A stretch of 64,000 bases of DNA, from positions 10,925 to 74,924 of the forward strand of contig CAWVRT010000004.1 of NCBI GenBank assembly GCA_963932515.1, in the 5' to 3' direction. Origin of the DNA: an uncultured Chitinophagales bacterium. GTDB taxonomy: Bacteria; Bacteroidota; Bacteroidia; Chitinophagales; UBA8649. The notes below the pieces were generated by a model. It saw nothing but the letters and a program-made list of their open reading frames with translations. It was not told where the DNA came from and did no database searches. The translations under genes were made by a program, and so were the position numbers. This document shows positions 58,984-64,000 of the stretch, one piece after another. How positions within the stretch are numbered: the first letter of the stretch is position 1; every line of letters begins with the position of its first letter.

Positions 58984-59991
58984 TTATAGGTTTTTCTTTT
59001 TCAAAAATAATTTAGAAAATAGTATCATCGCTAAAAGAGCCAACACTATTAAAGAAACTATATACATTAAGTTATCTGCCAGTCTAATTTTTTTAATTAA
59101 TTCTTCTTTGCTTAATTGCTTTAAATATTCATAATTCGGCTGATTTAGTTCTACTTGATTATAATAATTTAAAGATTCCTCATAATTCTCTAATTCATAA
59201 AAACAAAGCGCGATATACCATTTAGTATCTACATCATTAGGTTCTAAGCTTAAAGCTTTTTGAAAGTCTTTTAAAGCTAATTCGTCTTGATAATTGAAAT
59301 AATAAGACAAGCCTCTATTGTAAAACAAAGAAGCAATAGAATCATCGATTTCAATAGCGGTACCGTAGTCTACTAGAGACTTTTTATAATTTTTATTACT
59401 ATACAGTGAATTGGCTCTAGCCCAATAGTACTCAATATTTTCACTTAAGTTAATAGCACTAGTAAAATCAATTACTGCCCTGTCAAATTGTTTTAATTCT
59501 TGATAAGCTAACGCTCTATTATAATAAAACAAATCACTTTTTTTTAATTTAATTCCTTGATTATAATTTTCAATAGCCTCTTCATATTGTTTCAAAGAAA
59601 AATAGCATAACCCAATTGTGTTGTATGCTTTTTCATAGTCAGGATTTAATTCAATCGTTTTTTTAGAATCAAGTAAAGCTTTTTTTAGATCTCCTTGCTT
59701 ACGGTAAGCTAAACTTCTGTTGTGCCAAGCCTCAAAATCTGTAGGGTCGTGTTTTAGTACAACAGTATAATCTTCAATAGCAGCTTCATTCATACCTAGT
59801 TTATAATAAGCTAACGCTCTATTAAAATGAGTGTTAGCATTATTATGACTTCTTCTATGCTTAGTATATAGATCTACTGCCTCTTGAAATTGACGATTTT
59901 CATACGCTTCTACTCCTAAATCAAAAGCAGTTTGACCGAAAACGGTGTTTAACACTATAAATGGAAGAATTAGTAGAAAAAATCTATTCAT
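58984..59991 (-). CDS. tetratricopeptide repeat protein with C-terminal membrane anchor
   Basis: 335 aa. Signal peptide, about 8 TPR units (repeated A..Y..G....A..D/Y...L...P) and a C-terminal TM segment (MYIVSLIVLALLAMILF). Confidence 0.75.
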   Translation of the reverse strand: MNRFFLLILPFIVLNTVFGQTAFDLGVEAYENRQFQEAVDLYTKHRRSHNNANTHFNRALAYYKLGMNEAAIEDYTVVLKHDPTDFEAWHNRSLAYRKQGDLKKALLDSKKTIELNPDYEKAYNTIGLCYFSLKQYEEAIENYNQGIKLKKSDLFYYNRALAYQELKQFDRAVIDFTSAINLSENIEYYWARANSLYSNKNYKKSLVDYGTAIEIDDSIASLFYNRGLSYYFNYQDELALKDFQKALSLEPNDVDTKWYIALCFYELENYEESLNYYNQVELNQPNYEYLKQLSKEELIKKIRLADNLMYIVSLIVLALLAMILFSKLFLKKKNL

Positions 59992-60039
59992 TATTAATTT
60001 AGGTTTATTTGGAAACGCAAATTAGTTAAAAATAAATAA

Positions 60040-62349
60040 CTATATAGACTTTAATTTTATTCCTACAAAAAACGTTCTAGGCATATTTGGTCCATATATA
60101 AAATTACTATCTCTATTTTTGCCAATATCAAAGTTCGATTGATAAGCATTTAAGATGTTTTTTACCCCTCCAAAAAATTCAATATTTGAATCTAATTTTT
60201 TCAAATCTATGTTGTAAGAAATTTTCGTATTTAATTCTACAAAATCTTCTGTGGTAATAATTTCGTCTTCTATTTGGTTTGGTGCTCCAGCAAAATGTGC
60301 AACATCCATTTTCCCTGTGTAAACTGAATTGAAAGTTGCATTAAAACTTTTAAATGGCGTTAACGTTAATATCGTAAACCCATACAAATTTGGTGTACGC
60401 ATAAACTTTTTTACAGCTGGTAATTCATCTATAATTTTTACTGCTTCTACATATTTACTTTCCTGATAAGTAAACCCTGTTTCTAATTGAATTTTTTTAT
60501 TGTAGTTCGCTCTAAATTCAAGATTTCCACCATAAACGTTGGCTCCAGCACCATTTCTTTTTTCAAATAACTCTCCTTTTGAATCTTCTCCTAAAGGATA
60601 TAAATAAAACGCATTATTAAGGGAAGTATAAAAACCTTCAGCTGTGAAACCAAAAATAAATTTTTCGTAAGGTTTGTCGAAATTTACGGATGCGCTTAGG
60701 CTATTTGATTTTTCTGGAATCAAATCGTCTGAAAGAGAAATTCTGGAAATTCCACCACCCGCAAATGCAATGTGTAAGTCTGAATCAAATGCTTGTGGTG
60801 CTCTAAACCCTGTACCCCAAGTTAATCTAAATTGTGTATTCCTTTTTAATTTGTAAAGAAGGGAAACTCTTGGGCTTGCTATTACATTTTCTACTAGATT
60901 GTGTTTATCTATTCTTACACCAGCAAGAAAGTTTAAAAATGGGAAAATTTCCCAATCACTTTGTGCAAAAGCACCAAAACTATGTGTAGTTTGGTTTATG
61001 GCATAATCATAAGCAGAAATCTCGTCCTCTACTTTATCATAAACATATTCTGCTCCAACGGTTATTAAATTTTGCCCTATCAAAAATTTCTGAAACTTAT
61101 GGTTTACTTGTGTACCAACTTGAAAAGTATTTACATTTGACGTTCCATAAGGAGGGTTTGTTATGTGAGATAAAATCTCTTCTTCTTCATCTGGGAATAT
61201 ACCAGTATAATGTTTTCTACCTGTGTTTTGAGCTGCCAAATATGCAATAAATGATGATTTATCGCCATTAAAATTAATCTGGTAATCAATGTTTCCCATC
61301 AAAACGTTATGTGTTCTTTCTTCAGATTGTAATGCAAAATGTGCTACTTTGTCTGTTCTTTCACCACCGTATCTAAACTCATTCATATAACTAAGACTTA
61401 GCTCCAACTTTTGATTTTCTGTAGGTAAAAAGAATAAATTAGTTCCAATAGAACCGTTCAGTAACTGAGGCAATTCAGAAAAGTTATCATTATTCTCGTC
61501 ATAGGCTTCTCTATTTCTATAATTAAAGAATATTGAAGCGCCTGCTTTTTTATTTTTAGTTAAAATTGATCCGTTGCCATTAAAGTTATGATCATTTGAT
61601 TGACTGTTTATATTTTGGTAATTGTATTCAAAAGAATAGGCGTTTTTTTCAGGTATTTTAGTTATTACATTTACGGTTCCTCCAATAGCGCTCGAACCAT
61701 AAAGTGCAGAACCTCCGCCTCTAACTACTTCTATTCTATCTATCATGTTTGCCGGAATTTGTTCTAACCCATATAATCCAGTAAGTGGACTAAAAATTGG
61801 TCTTCCGTTAATCAGTATTTGAGAATAGCCTCCACCTAAGCCATTCATTCTAAGTTGTGTGTAATTACAAGTTTGACAATCTACTTCAACTCTTAAACCT
61901 GTTTGAAATTTTAATCCTTCAGATAAGTTACAGGCCTGAGTGTTACTTAATGTTTTAGCATCTATAATATTTACAATTACTGGTGAGTTGGTTTGCCTTT
62001 TGAATGTTTTACTTCCTGTTATTACTATTTTGTCTACTTCAAACATTTCTTCTTTTAGAGAAATATTTTTTATTTGATCTTTTAAGCCCTTCTTTAGGTT
62101 AAAACTTACTCTTTGGTTTCTGAATCCCATCATAGATATTTCTAAGGTGTAAGTCGTTCCTTCTTTTATATTGTCAATCTTATAAAAACCTTTTTCATTG
62201 GTTAATGTGCCTTGTTTTGTTTCTTTTATGTGAACTGAAACAAATTCTACTGCTTGGCCTTTGCTAGTAATAACACCAGAAATTGAAGTGTTTTGACTGA
62301 ATAAACTCAGTGATGAAAATAGGAATAAGTAAAGTACATTTAATTTCAT
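60040..62349 (-). CDS. TonB-dependent receptor with carboxypeptidase-regulatory-like N-domain
   Basis: Signal peptide and a CarbopepD_reg start (ISGVITSKGQAVEFVSVHI). Plug motifs IEVVRGGGSALYGSSAIGGTVNV, a barrel and a terminal aromatic-rich strand. The start is set at ATG 62349, because the track start 62367 lies inside the promoter box. Confidence 0.85.
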   Translation of the reverse strand: MKLNVLYLFLFSSLSLFSQNTSISGVITSKGQAVEFVSVHIKETKQGTLTNEKGFYKIDNIKEGTTYTLEISMMGFRNQRVSFNLKKGLKDQIKNISLKEEMFEVDKIVITGSKTFKRQTNSPVIVNIIDAKTLSNTQACNLSEGLKFQTGLRVEVDCQTCNYTQLRMNGLGGGYSQILINGRPIFSPLTGLYGLEQIPANMIDRIEVVRGGGSALYGSSAIGGTVNVITKIPEKNAYSFEYNYQNINSQSNDHNFNGNGSILTKNKKAGASIFFNYRNREAYDENNDNFSELPQLLNGSIGTNLFFLPTENQKLELSLSYMNEFRYGGERTDKVAHFALQSEERTHNVLMGNIDYQINFNGDKSSFIAYLAAQNTGRKHYTGIFPDEEEEILSHITNPPYGTSNVNTFQVGTQVNHKFQKFLIGQNLITVGAEYVYDKVEDEISAYDYAINQTTHSFGAFAQSDWEIFPFLNFLAGVRIDKHNLVENVIASPRVSLLYKLKRNTQFRLTWGTGFRAPQAFDSDLHIAFAGGGISRISLSDDLIPEKSNSLSASVNFDKPYEKFIFGFTAEGFYTSLNNAFYLYPLGEDSKGELFEKRNGAGANVYGGNLEFRANYNKKIQLETGFTYQESKYVEAVKIIDELPAVKKFMRTPNLYGFTILTLTPFKSFNATFNSVYTGKMDVAHFAGAPNQIEDEIITTEDFVELNTKISYNIDLKKLDSNIEFFGGVKNILNAYQSNFDIGKNRDSNFIYGPNMPRTFFVGIKLKSI

Positions 62350-62364
62350 TTCGTATATTTTTTG

Positions 62365-62372
62365 CAAAGATA
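62365..62372 (-). promoter_or_regulatory. candidate -7 promoter box for the TonB-dependent receptor
   Basis: The minus strand reads TATCTTTG, 15 nt upstream of ATG 62349. Confidence 0.45.
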
Positions 62373-62383
62373 TAATATTTAGT

Positions 62384-62418
62384 TAAGACTAAAAATAAAA
62401 ATAGATAAGACTAAAAAT
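62384..62418. repeat. 13-bp direct repeat, two copies 22 bp apart, in a divergent promoter region
   Basis: taagactaaaaat occurs at 62384-62396 and again at 62406-62418. The centre-to-centre spacing of 22 bp is about two helical turns. Confidence 0.6.
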
Positions 62419-62488
62419 TAGTTTTATTTTTTCATTGGTTCAGTAGAGCCATCTGCTTTAAATCATTCTTTTATCAAAGTTTATTTAT

Positions 62489-62496
62489 TATATTTG
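62489..62496 (+). promoter_or_regulatory. candidate -7 promoter box for the acyl-CoA dehydrogenase gene
   Basis: TATATTTG lies 20 nt upstream of ATG 62517. Confidence 0.45.
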
Positions 62497-62516
62497 CATC
62501 ACTAAAAAATAAGAAT

Positions 62517-63656
62517 ATGAACTTTGAATTATCAGAAGAACAGTTATCTGTACAACAAGCAGCAAGAGATTTCGCACAAAACGAATGTAAGCCAGGCGTA
62601 ATAGAAAGAGATAGAAACATGACTCCTCCTGTAGAGTTAGTAAAAAAGATGGGTGAGCTTGGGTTTATGGGTATGATGACTAGTCCAGAATATGGCGGTG
62701 GAGGAATGGATGCCATTTCTTATGCTATTGCTATGGAAGAAATTTCTAAAGTTGATAGTTCTTGTTCTGTTGCTATGTCTGTAAATAACTCATTAATTTG
62801 TTACGGATTAGAAATGTTTGGAACAGAAGAACAAAAACAAAAATATTTAAAGCCTTTGGCATCAGGGGAAATTGTAGGTGCATTTTGTTTGTCAGAACCA
62901 GAAGCGGGTTCTGATGCTACAAGTCAGCAAACTTCAGCTATTGACAAAGGAGATCATTACTTAGTAAATGGAACTAAAAACTGGATTACAAACGGAAAAC
63001 AAGCTTCTGTTTATCTAGTAATAGCTCAAACAGACAAAGAAAAAGGTCATAGAGGAATTAATGCTTTAATTATGGAACAAGACATGGAAGGTTTTGTAGT
63101 TGGAGCCAAAGAAGATAAATTAGGAATTAGAGCTTCAGATACACATACATTAATGTTTAATGATATAAAAGTACCTAAAGAAAATAGAATCGGAGAAGAT
63201 GGTTTTGGATTTAAATTTGCTATGAAAACATTAGGTGGTGGTAGAATCGGTATTGCAGCTCAGGCGTTGGGTATTGCAGCAGGAGCTTATGAATTAGCAT
63301 TAGCATATTCTAAAGTAAGAAAAGCGTTTGGTAAAGAAATTTCTCAACATCAAGCTATTGCTTTTAAATTAGCAGACATGGCTACTGAAATTGAAGCAGC
63401 AAGAATGTTGGTTTATAAAGCGGCATGGCTAAAAGATCAAGGGAAAGATTATAGTACCGCTTCGGCAATGGCAAAAGTGTTTGCTAGTGAAGTAGCTATG
63501 AAAACGACAGTTGAAGCCGTTCAAATACATGGTGGATATGGCTATGTTAAAGAATATCATGTAGAAAGATTAATGAGAGACGCAAAAATTACACAAATTT
63601 ATGAAGGGACCTCTGAGGTTCAGCGAATTATAATATCTAGAGCTCTTTTAAAATAA
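62517..63656 (+). CDS. acyl-CoA dehydrogenase (short/butyryl-CoA type)
   Basis: 379 aa with GAFCLSEPEAGSDA, WITNG, and QIHGGYGY...IYEGTSEVQR at the C-terminus, which carries the catalytic Glu region. Confidence 0.9.
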   Translation: MNFELSEEQLSVQQAARDFAQNECKPGVIERDRNMTPPVELVKKMGELGFMGMMTSPEYGGGGMDAISYAIAMEEISKVDSSCSVAMSVNNSLICYGLEMFGTEEQKQKYLKPLASGEIVGAFCLSEPEAGSDATSQQTSAIDKGDHYLVNGTKNWITNGKQASVYLVIAQTDKEKGHRGINALIMEQDMEGFVVGAKEDKLGIRASDTHTLMFNDIKVPKENRIGEDGFGFKFAMKTLGGGRIGIAAQALGIAAGAYELALAYSKVRKAFGKEISQHQAIAFKLADMATEIEAARMLVYKAAWLKDQGKDYSTASAMAKVFASEVAMKTTVEAVQIHGGYGYVKEYHVERLMRDAKITQIYEGTSEVQRIIISRALLK

Positions 63657-63749
63657 TTTTTAAGGAACTTTATTAAAATTTAGGGTTCAAGATTTTTATG
63701 CTTGGTCTTTTTTATTTAATTTTGGCATATAATTTGACTATATTAAACA

Positions 63750-63784
63750 AAAACAATGAAAACAATGAAAACAATGAAAACAAT
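63750..63784 (+). repeat. 9-bp tandem repeat (about 3.9 copies of aaaacaatg) spanning the start codon of the next gene
   Basis: Units lie at 63750-58, 63759-67 and 63768-76, with a partial unit at 63777-84. This creates three in-frame ATG codons (MKT MKT MKT). Confidence 0.8.
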
Positions 63785-64000
63785 TTTATCAATCTTATTT
63801 GTAGCAATTTTTGCTGTACAAGGTATAGCTCAAAATTCAAACCTAACGGTCTTTTCTGAAGATGGACTTGCTTTTTATTTAATACTAAATGGAGTAAGAC
63901 AAAATGAAAGCCCTGAAACAAACGTTCGTGTAGATGGATTAATGAATCCTTATTATTCAACAAAAATAATCTTTGCTGATGAAAGTAGACCAAATATCGA
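63756..64000 (+). CDS. secreted hypothetical protein, 5' part only (possibly DUF4476-like)
   Basis: My translation is MKTMKTMKTILSILFVAIFAVQGIAQNSNLTVFSEDGLAFYLILNGVRQNESPETNVRVDGLMNPYYSTKIIFADESRPNI. It has a signal peptide and runs off the window. The family assignment is from memory only. Confidence 0.5.
   Translation, partial: MKTMKTMKTILSILFVAIFAVQGIAQNSNLTVFSEDGLAFYLILNGVRQNESPETNVRVDGLMNPYYSTKIIFADESRPNI

Noticed and set aside
62350-62516. Possible cobalamin or other riboswitch in the leader of the TonB-dependent receptor (minus strand).
   Set aside because: The leader between the -7 box and the ATG is only 15 nt. I saw no B12-box-like or other conserved riboswitch core.
63712-63993. 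93-aa minus-strand ORF at the right edge.
   Set aside because: It is antisense to a plus-strand ORF that has a clear signal peptide and a plausible secreted-protein sequence. Its own translation is Leu/Phe-rich nonsense that includes the read-through of the 9-bp repeat.
1-64000. Searched by eye for CRISPR arrays, IS elements or transposases, integrases, phage genes, toxin-antitoxin pairs and known defence-system hallmarks (large ATPase/nuclease/helicase ORFs of unknown function).
   Set aside because: No spaced direct-repeat array, no transposase- or integrase-like ORF and no large unassigned ORF. Every ORF over 250 aa has a plausible housekeeping or transport assignment.

Overview
Low-GC chromosomal segment that looks like a Flavobacteriia (Bacteroidota) genome. 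Bacteroidota-type -7 promoter boxes (TAnnTTTG) sit just upstream of many start codons, two ORFs carry T9SS C-terminal sorting domains, and the gene content is typically flavobacterial. I count about 58 protein-coding genes and one tRNA-Ser(GGA). I saw no rRNA, CRISPR array, transposase, integrase, prophage or recognisable defence module.

Most of the window is housekeeping:
- nadB-nadA, an oxyR-like regulator, an arginase-family gene, a Glu/Leu/Phe/Val dehydrogenase and an ion transporter
- lpxD, serS, rpoN, a PpiD-like chaperone, dnaG and panC
- a contiguous nine-gene haem pathway cluster, hemA-C-D-E-F-B-L-H-J
- an ABC-F ATPase, acr3-arsC, ExbB/ExbD, yidD, methylmalonyl-CoA mutase and msrA
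- Nfu and ErpA Fe-S proteins, a 7TM-HD hydrolase, two TonB-dependent receptors and an acyl-CoA dehydrogenase

The least ordinary items are:
1. A T9SS-secreted protein that joins a CxxCH haem motif to a PHM/DBH-like two-copper ligand pattern (33475-35142).
2. A lipoprotein / VTC-domain / DUF4956 operon of unknown function (9320-11163).
3. A very AT-rich orphan sulfotransferase (8311-9075).
4. A decayed cutinase/PETase-like esterase remnant with an orphan T9SS tail (48021-48504), next to an ars islet and tRNA-Ser.
5. A 519-aa SDR with a basic N-terminus, a zinc-ribbon insert and no Tyr at the YxxxK position.
6. An ABC-F protein whose second ATPase domain looks degenerate.

Nothing here is demonstrably a new multi-gene system. 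All function calls rest on motif recognition by eye and need HMM or BLAST confirmation.
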